Shown here: piece after piece, positions 19,439 to 28,587 of the stretch
How the letters are laid out: every line of letters begins with the position of its first letter
How positions within the stretch are numbered: the stretch's first letter is position 1
NCBI GenBank assembly: GCA_027251445.1
Contig: JAPNQO010000074.1
Location: forward strand, 1 to 54,247
From: Fidelibacterota bacterium
Lineage (GTDB): Bacteria; Fidelibacterota; Marinisomatia; Marinisomatales; TCS55
Direction: 5' to 3'
DNA: 54,247 bases
Made by a program: the position numbers and the translations under genes
The notes under the pieces: generated by a model
Database searches by the model: none
The model's input: only the letters and a program-made list of their open reading frames with translations
What the model was told of the DNA's origin: nothing

Positions 19439-20716
19439 ATGATTAATACTTTTAAATCTCAGCTAAATGATATCAACTCTGGTATAAGTAGACCCAAAAA
19501 TATAAATCTAACTACTGTAAATAAACTTGGAGTTCTAGGGTCTGGATTAATGGGCCATGGCATAACATATGTATCAGCGCTATCTGGTATTGAAGTTGTG
19601 ATGACTGATTCTAATCAAGAAAATGCGGAAAAAGGATTTTCAAGAATAAAGAATATTTTACATAGTATTGTTAAAAAAGGACAATTATCGCAAGAAAATG
19701 CGAAAAATGTTCTTAATAAAATAACAGTAACAGATGATTATAATAACCTTCAGGATTGTGATCTAATTATTGAGGCAGTTTTCGAAGATCGTGACTTAAA
19801 AGGAAAAGTTACAGCTCAAGCTGAGAAAATCATGGATAGAAATGGAATATTTGCATCTAATACTTCTACGCTGCCTATTTCTGGCCTTGCAGAAAAATCT
19901 ATTCGTCCAGAAAAGTTTATTGGAATCCACTTCTTTTCACCTGTTCATAAAATGAAACTAGTAGAAATCATTAAAGGTGAGAAAACCAATGATGAAACAA
20001 TAGCAAAAGCTTTTGATTATGTATTAAAAATTAAAAAGATACCAATTGTTGTAAATGATAGTCGTGGTTTTTATACATCACGAGTATTTAGTACGTATAC
20101 AAATGAAGGTTTAGCATTACTTGCTGAAGGAAACCATCCACAAGAAATTGAAACAGCTGGTAAAAAGGCTGGAATGCCAGTGGGGCCTCTTGCTGTAATT
20201 GATGAGATCAATCTTGGTTTAGTTTCACAAATAAGAAAACAAACTAGAAAAGATCTTGCTACTGAAGGGAAAGAACTGCCACTAATACCTGCTGATCAAG
20301 TCATTGATCTGATGACAGAAAAAATCAATCGTTTAGGTAGAGCTCAAGGTGGAGGTTTTTATGAGTACCCAGAAAATGGAAAAAAATATCTCTGGCCTGA
20401 ATTACAAACTCATTTCCCTATTGCTAAAGATCCTCTAACTCAAGATCAAATGATAGAAAGAATATTATTTATACAAGCTATAGAAACAATTCGCGCTTAT
20501 GAAGAAAATGTTGTGACATCTGTTGCTGAAGCTAATATTGGAAGTATTTTTGGATGGGGATTTTCACCTGAAAAAGGAGGAACGCTGCAGTTTATAAATG
20601 ACTATGGAATTAAGAAATTTGAAAAAAGATCTCAAGAACTATATAAAAAATATGGTAAACGTTTTACTCCTCCAAAAATGTTAATAAAGATGGCCTCTAA
20701 TAAAGAAACGTTTTAA
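19439..20716 (+). CDS. 3-hydroxyacyl-CoA dehydrogenase (C-terminal part of a FadB/FadJ-type protein, hydratase domain absent)
   Basis: GVLGSGLMGHGI, IIEAVFE, ASNTSTLPI, GIHFFSP, GFYTSR, GMPVGPL, GSIFGWGF. The N-terminus resembles the FadB inter-domain linker. Confidence 0.85.
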   Translation: MINTFKSQLNDINSGISRPKNINLTTVNKLGVLGSGLMGHGITYVSALSGIEVVMTDSNQENAEKGFSRIKNILHSIVKKGQLSQENAKNVLNKITVTDDYNNLQDCDLIIEAVFEDRDLKGKVTAQAEKIMDRNGIFASNTSTLPISGLAEKSIRPEKFIGIHFFSPVHKMKLVEIIKGEKTNDETIAKAFDYVLKIKKIPIVVNDSRGFYTSRVFSTYTNEGLALLAEGNHPQEIETAGKKAGMPVGPLAVIDEINLGLVSQIRKQTRKDLATEGKELPLIPADQVIDLMTEKINRLGRAQGGGFYEYPENGKKYLWPELQTHFPIAKDPLTQDQMIERILFIQAIETIRAYEENVVTSVAEANIGSIFGWGFSPEKGGTLQFINDYGIKKFEKRSQELYKKYGKRFTPPKMLIKMASNKETF

Positions 20717-20723
20717 AACATTT

Positions 20724-22514
20724 ATGAAAAAGAATAAAGCAATTAAGATTGGCTGTGCTTCTGCTTTTTGGGGAGATACAAGTAGTGCTGCTCCACAACT
20801 GGTACATAGTGGAAATATAGATTATCTTGTTTTTGATTATCTTGCAGAAGTCACCATGTCTATTCTAGCTAGTGCAAAAATGAAGAATCCTGACTTAGGA
20901 TATGCGACTGACTTTATCAAACATATCGGTCCTCTTTTAACCGAAATAAAAAAACAACAAATAAAAGTTATTAGTAATGCTGGTGGAATAAATCTTATAT
21001 CATGCAAGAACGCAGTTTTAGAAGAAGCAAAAAAGGTAGGAATAGAATTAAATATTGCAATTGTTGAAGGAGATAATCTAATTAATCAAGAGAATATGTT
21101 AAGAGCACTTCCAGTTAAAGAGTTAGAAACAGACAAATCTTTGCCAGAAGGAATAGTCAGTATTAATGCATATTTAGGTGCTGATGGTGTTAAGCAAGCG
21201 CTTGAACAGGGTGCAGATATGGTTATCACAGGTAGATGTGTTGATAGTGCAGTTGTTTTAGGTCCATTAATGTATGAATTTGATTGGAAGTATAATGAAT
21301 ATGATAAACTAGCTGCAGGTAGTTTAGCAGGTCATATCATTGAATGTGGAGCACAATGTACTGGAGGAAATTTCACCGATTGGCATTTCATTAATAATTT
21401 TGATAATATGGGCTTTCCTATTGTTGAGGTTGAATCTGATGGCAGCTTTATTGTAACCAAACCTGAAGGAACGGGCGGAATTATTTCATTTGGCACTGTT
21501 GCAGAACAATTCCTTTACGAGATTGGTGATCCTCAAAACTATTTACTTCCAGATGTAACCTGCGATTTTACTAATGTGAACATCAAAGAGATAGGAAGCG
21601 ATCAAGTCTCTGTTTCTGGAGCTAGAGGAAAACCTCCTAGCAATACATATAAAGTGTCTTCTACATACTTGCATGGTTATCGAATTACAATTGCTGCAAT
21701 TATTTGTGGGATAAATGCTTCTAAGAAAGCACAAGTTGTTGCTGATGCAATAATAAAAAAGACCAAACGCATTTTTTCAGATAATGGATTAGAAGATTAT
21801 TTGGATACAAATATTTCAATTATTGGAACTGAAACAACTTATGGAAAAAATAGAAATAATGCTGACCCGCGAGAAGTCTTATTAAGAATTGTTGCCACAC
21901 ATAAACAAAAAGATGCGTTAATATTACTTTCAAGAGAAATTGCACAAGCTTCAACAGGAATGACACCTGGGTTTGTTAATATGCTTGGTGGAAGACCTTC
22001 CGTATCGCCTTCCATACGTTTGTTTTCTTTTTTATTACCAAAAGATCAAATAAATACAACAGTATATATAAATGATAAACAGTATGAAGTAGAAAACTTT
22101 ACTTCAAAATTAAATCATATTAATTCTACCGCTAAAGTATCTAGTTCATCTGATATTTTAGATATTACAGATACGGAAGTGGCATTAATAAAATTAGCTT
22201 ATGCTCGAAGTGGTGATAAAGGAGATCATGCCAATATTGGCGTCATTGCAAGAAAGGCTGAATACTTACCATATATACGAAATGCACTTTCAAAACAAAC
22301 AGTGGCAAAATATTTTGCGCACATTCTAAAAGGAGATGTTGATAGGTGGGATATTCCAGGTATTAATGCCTTGAATTTTCTACTTAAAAATTCATTAGGT
22401 GGTGGCGGTATGGCAAGTTTAAATGTTGACCCTCAAGGAAAAGGGTATGCTCAACAACTTTTAGATATAATGATACCAGTACCAAGTAGAATTGCAGAGG
22501 AGGTAAATAAATAA
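20724..22514 (+). CDS. atuA: Acyclic terpene utilization protein AtuA (DUF1446)
   Basis: SAFWGD, DYLAEVTMS, NAYLGA, GRCVDSA, GHIIECGAQCTGG, ARSGDKG, DPQGK. Confidence 0.9.
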   Translation: MKKNKAIKIGCASAFWGDTSSAAPQLVHSGNIDYLVFDYLAEVTMSILASAKMKNPDLGYATDFIKHIGPLLTEIKKQQIKVISNAGGINLISCKNAVLEEAKKVGIELNIAIVEGDNLINQENMLRALPVKELETDKSLPEGIVSINAYLGADGVKQALEQGADMVITGRCVDSAVVLGPLMYEFDWKYNEYDKLAAGSLAGHIIECGAQCTGGNFTDWHFINNFDNMGFPIVEVESDGSFIVTKPEGTGGIISFGTVAEQFLYEIGDPQNYLLPDVTCDFTNVNIKEIGSDQVSVSGARGKPPSNTYKVSSTYLHGYRITIAAIICGINASKKAQVVADAIIKKTKRIFSDNGLEDYLDTNISIIGTETTYGKNRNNADPREVLLRIVATHKQKDALILLSREIAQASTGMTPGFVNMLGGRPSVSPSIRLFSFLLPKDQINTTVYINDKQYEVENFTSKLNHINSTAKVSSSSDILDITDTEVALIKLAYARSGDKGDHANIGVIARKAEYLPYIRNALSKQTVAKYFAHILKGDVDRWDIPGINALNFLLKNSLGGGGMASLNVDPQGKGYAQQLLDIMIPVPSRIAEEVNK

Positions 22515-22516
22515 TT

Positions 22517-23389
22517 ATGAGTTATAAGAGTATTTTTAATAAGGAATCATTCTCAAAAAAAAATGTTGTAGTTACAGGTGGAGGTAGTGGAATTGGTAGA
22601 TGTATAGCACACGAACTGAGTTCGTTAGGATCAGATATTATTTTAGTTGGAAGAAATAAAGAAAAACTTGAAACGGTACAGAAAGAAATTAAATCATCTA
22701 ATGGAAACGCATCATTCTATGTCTGTGATATTCGAGAAGAAGATAAAGTCCGTCAATGTACTAAAGAGATTTATGAAGAATTCAATATAATACATGGTTT
22801 AGTTAATAATGCTGGCGGCCAATTTCCATCTCCAGCAGAATATATTTCACAAAAAGGGTTTGAAACTGTTGTAAGAACAAACCTTGTAGGGGGGTTTTTG
22901 TTTAGTCGCGAGGTATTCAGTCAAGGAATGATTAATTCTGGCGGTAATATTGTAAATATAACTGCAGATATGTGGAATGGTATGCCTGGTATGAGCCACT
23001 CTGGTGCAGCAAGGTCTGGTATGGATAACCTAACTAAGACTCTTGCCTATGAGTGGGGGTATGCTGGAGTACGTGTAAACTCTGTTGCTCCAGGTTATAT
23101 TGCATCAAGTGGACTTGACACCTATGATGATAGTATAATAAAAGAGATAATACCTAAATTAAAGAAAACCGTTCCCCTGAAAAGAATGGGAACCGAAGCT
23201 GAGGTAAGCGCTGCAGTTTGTTTTCTATTGTCCGATGCAGCCGCTTATATAAATGGAGTATGCATTCGGGTCGATGGTGGATCTCCCTTAGGTAGCGGCG
23301 CATGGCCATTAAAAGAAACTAAGAAATATAAATCGTTTGATGGGTTTCATCTTTCAAAACTGCCAGATGTTCTTGATGGAGAATTATAA
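22517..23389 (+). CDS. atuB: SDR, citronellol/citronellal dehydrogenase AtuB-like
   Basis: MSYKSIF...TGGGSGIGRCIAHEL, NNAGGQF, GMPGMSHSGAARSG; directly after atuA. Confidence 0.8.
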   Translation: MSYKSIFNKESFSKKNVVVTGGGSGIGRCIAHELSSLGSDIILVGRNKEKLETVQKEIKSSNGNASFYVCDIREEDKVRQCTKEIYEEFNIIHGLVNNAGGQFPSPAEYISQKGFETVVRTNLVGGFLFSREVFSQGMINSGGNIVNITADMWNGMPGMSHSGAARSGMDNLTKTLAYEWGYAGVRVNSVAPGYIASSGLDTYDDSIIKEIIPKLKKTVPLKRMGTEAEVSAAVCFLLSDAAAYINGVCIRVDGGSPLGSGAWPLKETKKYKSFDGFHLSKLPDVLDGEL

Positions 23390-23405
23390 GAATTACATCG
23401 TGTGA

Positions 23406-23477
23406 ATACGATATGGCTATATACAAAATAATAATCGCAAACTTAAACCAAATAGTTTTGGTATTGCTCGGGTGTAA
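23406..23477 (+). pseudogene. 3' remnant of atuC (geranyl-CoA carboxylase carboxyltransferase subunit)
   Basis: Intergenic frame reads IRYGYIQNNNRKLKPNSFGIARV-stop with no start codon. It matches the recalled AtuC C-terminus (R.L.PNSFGVAR) at the syntenic position. Confidence 0.65.
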
Positions 23478-23503
23478 CATTATTTCGAATAAAAGGTAAT
23501 AAT

Positions 23504-24307
23504 ATGAATAAACTACCAAAGACAAATAATCTTGAATTAGAAATATCAAATAGTTGGCTTACTATTTGGTTAAATACCCCTGAAAATCGAAATGCTCTAT
23601 CAAATGATATGATAGATGATTTTATTAGTGTATTTGACGAGATAAGAAATGAACGATCAATAAGAGGTATTACTTTTCGTGGAAAGGATGAAATGTTTTG
23701 TTCGGGGCTTGATTTAAAAGGAATTCAATCTCTCATTGATAATAATGCTGGTAAGCAAGATGCCATTGAATTAAGTCTCAAAATAGGCAAGTTTTTTCAG
23801 GCAGTGCATACTCTACCGCAGGTTACTATAATGATAATAGAGGGAGCTGCTATAGCAGGGGGGTTAGGTTTAGCATCAACAGGTGATGTAGTAATTACAT
23901 ATGATGATGCACAATTTTCACTAACTGAAACAATGATTGGATTAACACCAGCGCAAATTTCACCGTATGTTATTTCAAGAGTAGGACAAGCTACAGGTAA
24001 ACGATTAATGTTAACTGCTGCGCGTTTTACTGGGCTTTATGCTTATGAGATAGGGTTAGCAGATTTTCTAGTCACCAAAATTTCTGAATTGGAAGAGCAA
24101 GAAAATAAAATTAAATCACAAGTACTAAAATGTGCTCCAGGAGCTATAGCTGAAACAAAACGCTTGATTGAAACAATACAAAATAATCCTAAAGAGGACT
24201 TTATTGATCTTGCCGGTGAAAATTTTGCCGACCAATTAAATACAGAAGGAAAAGAAGGTATATCATCTTTTATCGAAAAAAGAAAACCTGATTGGTATAA
24301 TGAATGA
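23504..24307 (+). CDS. atuE: Enoyl-CoA hydratase, isohexenylglutaconyl-CoA hydratase AtuE-like
   Basis: Crotonase motifs RNALS, FCSGLDLK, GAAIAGGLGL, LTETMIGL, EGKEGISSFIEKRKPDW; atu context. Confidence 0.78.
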   Translation: MNKLPKTNNLELEISNSWLTIWLNTPENRNALSNDMIDDFISVFDEIRNERSIRGITFRGKDEMFCSGLDLKGIQSLIDNNAGKQDAIELSLKIGKFFQAVHTLPQVTIMIIEGAAIAGGLGLASTGDVVITYDDAQFSLTETMIGLTPAQISPYVISRVGQATGKRLMLTAARFTGLYAYEIGLADFLVTKISELEEQENKIKSQVLKCAPGAIAETKRLIETIQNNPKEDFIDLAGENFADQLNTEGKEGISSFIEKRKPDWYNE

Positions 24308-24383
24308 AATTGTTGAAGAATATTAAAAAAAGTTTTGCAAAAAATAGCAAATCATAAATGGAATTATAAAGAAAGGGACAAAT

Positions 24384-25205
24384 ATGTCTTTATTTAAAAA
24401 TAAAACAGTATTTATCACAGGTGGAAGTCGTGGAATTGGAAAGGCAATTGGATTAAGATTGGCTAGAGAAGGTGCTAATATTGTAATTGCAGCAAAAACT
24501 GTAGAACCCCATCCTAAATTACCCGGAACAATTTTTACTGCAGCCGATGAGATGGATAAAGCTGGTGGAAAGGGACTTCCAATTTGCACAGATATTCGAT
24601 TTGAAGAGCAAGTTAACGCTGCAGTAAAACAAGCAGTAGATACTTTTGATGGTATAGATATACTAATAAATAATGCTAGTGCAATCCAGCTTACAGGAAC
24701 ATTAGAAACTGAAATGAAAAGATATGATCTTATGCATCAAATCAATGTGCGTGGAACTTATATGGTTTCAAAATATTGTATTCCATACTTAAAGAAAGCA
24801 AATAATCCACATATATTAAACTTATCTCCTCCATTAAATATGGAGACAAAATGGTTTGCACCGCATGTAGCCTATACAATGTCTAAGTTTGGAATGAGTA
24901 TGTGTGTCTTAGGAATGGCAGGAGAATTAAAAAAAGATGGCATTGCAGTCAATGCTCTTTGGCCAAAAACTGTTATTCAAACTGCAGCTGTACAAAATCT
25001 TTTGGGAGGTGATAAAGTAATGGAAAAATCTCGAAAACCGGATATAATGGGTGATGCGGCTTTTACTATATTGAGTAAGAATAGTTCTGAGTGTACTGGA
25101 AATTATTTTGTAGATGAAGAATTACTACGATCTGAAGGAATAACTGATTTTAGCAATTATTCCAATGTTCCTGATAGTGAGTTAATGCCAGATTTTTTTA
25201 TATAA
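24384..25205 (+). CDS. atuG: SDR, AtuG/HSDL2-like dehydrogenase
   Basis: TGGSRGIG, AKTVEPHPKLPGTI, NNASAI, YTMSK, VNALWP; atu context. Confidence 0.8.
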   Translation: MSLFKNKTVFITGGSRGIGKAIGLRLAREGANIVIAAKTVEPHPKLPGTIFTAADEMDKAGGKGLPICTDIRFEEQVNAAVKQAVDTFDGIDILINNASAIQLTGTLETEMKRYDLMHQINVRGTYMVSKYCIPYLKKANNPHILNLSPPLNMETKWFAPHVAYTMSKFGMSMCVLGMAGELKKDGIAVNALWPKTVIQTAAVQNLLGGDKVMEKSRKPDIMGDAAFTILSKNSSECTGNYFVDEELLRSEGITDFSNYSNVPDSELMPDFFI

Positions 25206-25211
25206 AAATAA

Positions 25212-27047
25212 TTAGGAATACATTTTATTAATTAAATCTTGATAATTATTGATAACTACTTTTCTTTTTACTTTTAACGTAGGGGTTACTTCATCTTTAT
25301 CTTGATCCAACTCTTCTTCCAGAATACGAAACTTTTTTACTGTTTCATAGCTAGCTAACTCCCTATTTAACTGAGAGATTTCAGTGTTTAATAAATCAAC
25401 TACTTTTTGTTTTTTTGTTAAGTCAGATAAATCTTGATACATTATTCTATTATCTTTGGCAAACTTAGCAATTTCATCTTCATCTAAAGTAATTAGAGCT
25501 GTTAAATATGGCTTCTTATCTCCATAGACCATAGCAAGACTAATATAGGGACTTGTTTTCAAAAGATTTTCAATGTTTTGAGGTGCAACATTTTTTCCTC
25601 CAGCAGTAATAATAATATCTTTTTTTCTATCTGTAATAAATAAATATCCATCGTCATCTAAATAACCAATATCACCTGTATGTAACCATACATCTCCATT
25701 TTTATCAGGGATTAATAATTCTTTTGTACCTTGTTCATTATTATAATAACCAGAAATATTTTGTGGGCACTTTGTGCAAATTTCACCATCATCAGCTATC
25801 CTTATTTCCGTATTTGCTAACGCTTGACCAACTGATCCAATCTTTGCTTTACCAATTTTATTTCCAGTCACTATCCCTGTTGTCTCAGTCATACCATATC
25901 CTTCATAAATATCCAGCCCAACCCAATGAAAGTATCTTATTATATTAGGAGATATTGGTGCTGCACCAGAAAGCAAATAACGAATATTTCCTCCAAACAT
26001 ATCTTTTATTTTTCTGAAAACAAGAAAATCAGCTATTAATCTATTTAACTTAATCCAAGCATTTGGTTTTTTACCTTGGTCTTTTAATTCTGAATATTTT
26101 TTTCCTATAGATATCGCCCAATTATATATTTTCTGTTGAAATAATGTCGCATCTTTTATTGCAATAGAAATTTTTGCATAAAATTTTTCAAAAACTCTTG
26201 GAGTTCCAAACATAACTGTTGGGCCTGTTTGTCGAAGATTATAAGGCATATCTTCAATACTGTCAGCATAAACTGTTACGTATCCAGAATATAGTTTTAT
26301 AAAATGACCTAATAATCTTTCAGCAATATGAGAAAGAGGTAAATAGGATATACCTAGATCAGTTCTATACGTAGGTAATAAATCTGGTAAGTTCTTAGCT
26401 ACAGAAATAACATTTGTGCTATTAAACATACCAGCTTTAGGATTTCCTGTTGTACCAGAAGTATATGTAAAGCTGATGATATCATCTGGGCTAACAGATT
26501 GTAATTTATCCTCAAAAACACCAATATGATTCGAACGATGAGATACCCCTAATTCCCGAAACTTTTCAATTGATAATACATTTGGTAAATCATCAGGAAT
26601 ATATTTATCCATGACCACTATTTTTTTCAATGCAGGTAGATCATCCCAGATAACTAATAATTTATCTAACTGTTCCTGGTCCTCGGCAAAGACGATCTTA
26701 CTTTCACTGTGTTCAATAATATATTTAACCTGATCTTCTGTATTTGAAGCATAAACTGGTGCAGTAATACATCCAATCCCCATTATAGCCATATCTATTA
26801 CAACCCACTCTAGTCTTGTCTCAGACAAGATAGATACCTTATCTCCCTTTTTTAAATTTTCTGAAATTAATGCATGTCCTAAATCTCTTGACCAGTTTCC
26901 GTAATCATTCCAAGTATGGCTTTCCCATATACCTTTATTTTTCCGCCACATAGTAATATCATCTCCATAATTTTCTACATTATACCAAAATAGTTTTGGA
27001 ACTGTATTTATGACATTAGTATCAGGTTTATCCATCATATCCATCAT
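25212..27047 (-). CDS. Long-chain fatty acid-CoA ligase
   Basis: YTSGTTGNPK, LPLSHIAE, EGYGMTE, HTGD, DRKKD and A10 motif TPTLKVKR. ATG 27047 overlaps the upstream stop (ATGA). Confidence 0.9.
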   Translation of the reverse strand: MMDMMDKPDTNVINTVPKLFWYNVENYGDDITMWRKNKGIWESHTWNDYGNWSRDLGHALISENLKKGDKVSILSETRLEWVVIDMAIMGIGCITAPVYASNTEDQVKYIIEHSESKIVFAEDQEQLDKLLVIWDDLPALKKIVVMDKYIPDDLPNVLSIEKFRELGVSHRSNHIGVFEDKLQSVSPDDIISFTYTSGTTGNPKAGMFNSTNVISVAKNLPDLLPTYRTDLGISYLPLSHIAERLLGHFIKLYSGYVTVYADSIEDMPYNLRQTGPTVMFGTPRVFEKFYAKISIAIKDATLFQQKIYNWAISIGKKYSELKDQGKKPNAWIKLNRLIADFLVFRKIKDMFGGNIRYLLSGAAPISPNIIRYFHWVGLDIYEGYGMTETTGIVTGNKIGKAKIGSVGQALANTEIRIADDGEICTKCPQNISGYYNNEQGTKELLIPDKNGDVWLHTGDIGYLDDDGYLFITDRKKDIIITAGGKNVAPQNIENLLKTSPYISLAMVYGDKKPYLTALITLDEDEIAKFAKDNRIMYQDLSDLTKKQKVVDLLNTEISQLNRELASYETVKKFRILEEELDQDKDEVTPTLKVKRKVVINNYQDLINKMYS

Positions 27048-27784
27048 CCGCCCCACAGTTTTTCTCTACGAGTATATTTTCCCTCACCTAAATACTGTTC
27101 ACGTACTTTTTCTTCTTTTATTAATTCATCATACGTTCCACTTAAGAAAATTTTTCCAGTAGTCAACACATAGCCATAATCAGCTATTTTTAATGCATGA
27201 TTAACATTTTGTTCAACTAATAATATTGTGACACCCGATTTGTGTAATTCTTTTATAGTAGCAAAAATATCTTGAACTAATAATGGTGATAGCCCCATTG
27301 AAGGCTCATCTAACAATAATAATCTAGGTTTTATCATTAAAGCACGAGAAATGGCTAACATTTGCTGTTCACCACCACTAAGAGTTCCAGCTAACTGATC
27401 TTTACGGTTTCTTAATATTGGAAAATGTGTATATGCTTCTTCCATTCGTTCACTTAATAATTCTTCATTTTTAATTAAGAAACCTCCCATATATAAGTTA
27501 TCATAGACTGTTAAGTCTGGGAAGATCCTTCTCCACTCAGGAACATGACTAATACCCATAGAAACAATTTTTTCAGGATCTTCTCTATCAATTCGAATAT
27601 TATTAAAATGAATAGTTCCATTTTCTGGCTCAACCAATCCACTGATAGTTTTCAAAATTGTAGATTTTCCTGCACCATTTGCTCCAAGAATTGTTACAAG
27701 CTGACCCTCTTCAACGTTAAGTGAAACTCCATGTAGCGCTTTTATTTTTCCATAATATGTTTCAACTCCAACTAGTTTAAGCAT
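27044..27784 (-). CDS. Liv-type ABC transporter ATP-binding subunit (LivF-like)
   Basis: GANGAGKS, LSGGEQQM, LLLDEPSMGL, LVEQN. Confidence 0.92.
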   Translation of the reverse strand: MLKLVGVETYYGKIKALHGVSLNVEEGQLVTILGANGAGKSTILKTISGLVEPENGTIHFNNIRIDREDPEKIVSMGISHVPEWRRIFPDLTVYDNLYMGGFLIKNEELLSERMEEAYTHFPILRNRKDQLAGTLSGGEQQMLAISRALMIKPRLLLLDEPSMGLSPLLVQDIFATIKELHKSGVTILLVEQNVNHALKIADYGYVLTTGKIFLSGTYDELIKEEKVREQYLGEGKYTRREKLWGG

Positions 27785-28538
27785 CAACAGCCTCTCCTAA
27801 ATATGATTCAATTACTTTTGGATCATCCTTAACCTCATTAGGTTTTCCTAAAGCAATAATTTTCCCTGATTCTAAGACACAAATTCTATCAGATATACTC
27901 ATAACTAAATTCATATCATGCTCAACCAATAATACTGTTACTCCAAGTTCATCTCTTATATCCCTAATAATATTTGCTATCTCTCTCGTCTCTTGATCAT
28001 TCATCCCTGCCGCAGGTTCATCTAAGAGAATTAATTTTGGTTTTGATACAAGCGCTCTAGCAATTTCAGCTAACTTTTGAATGCCAAATGGTTGTCCCAT
28101 CATAAATTTTTGTTCATAATTTACCATCCCTAAAAAATCCATAATTTCAAGAGCCATTGATTCTTCAGCCTTTCTTTGATCTCTACTTACCCATCTCTTA
28201 AACATTCCCAATGTATCAATTCGGCTATTTGCTCCCAATAGTATATTATCTAATACTGTCATAAATGGAATGTTTTGTACATTTTGAAAAGTACGCGATA
28301 TACCAGAATGAATTATTCGATGTGTCTTTTTACCTAGTAAATCTTCATCATTAAAATGTATTGTTCCGTTTTGGGGTTTATTAAATCCATTTATACAATT
28401 AAATAAAGTTGTTTTACCAGAGCCATTCGGACCAATAAGAGAAAAAATTTCATTTTCTTTTACGGAGAAGGAAACCTCATCAAGCGCAACCAAACCGGAA
28501 AAACGCATTGTTAAACTATCAATAATGAGATCTGTCAT
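27777..28538 (-). CDS. Liv-type ABC transporter ATP-binding subunit (LivG-like)
   Basis: GPNGSGKTT, RTFQN, LDEPAAG, VEHDM. Confidence 0.92.
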   Translation of the reverse strand: MTDLIIDSLTMRFSGLVALDEVSFSVKENEIFSLIGPNGSGKTTLFNCINGFNKPQNGTIHFNDEDLLGKKTHRIIHSGISRTFQNVQNIPFMTVLDNILLGANSRIDTLGMFKRWVSRDQRKAEESMALEIMDFLGMVNYEQKFMMGQPFGIQKLAEIARALVSKPKLILLDEPAAGMNDQETREIANIIRDIRDELGVTVLLVEHDMNLVMSISDRICVLESGKIIALGKPNEVKDDPKVIESYLGEAVDA

Positions 28539-28545
28539 AAAAGAA

Positions 28546-28573
28546 TTAGGGCTCTGTTATTACAGAGCCCTAA
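28546..28573 (-). terminator. Intra-operonic stem-loop after the substrate-binding protein gene (partial terminator or mRNA stabiliser)
   Basis: Perfect 12-bp inverted repeat ttagggctctgt-tatt-acagagccctaa, followed on the minus strand by TTCTTTT and then the next ATG. Confidence 0.7.
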
Positions 28574-28587
28574 ATGCTAACTATTTT

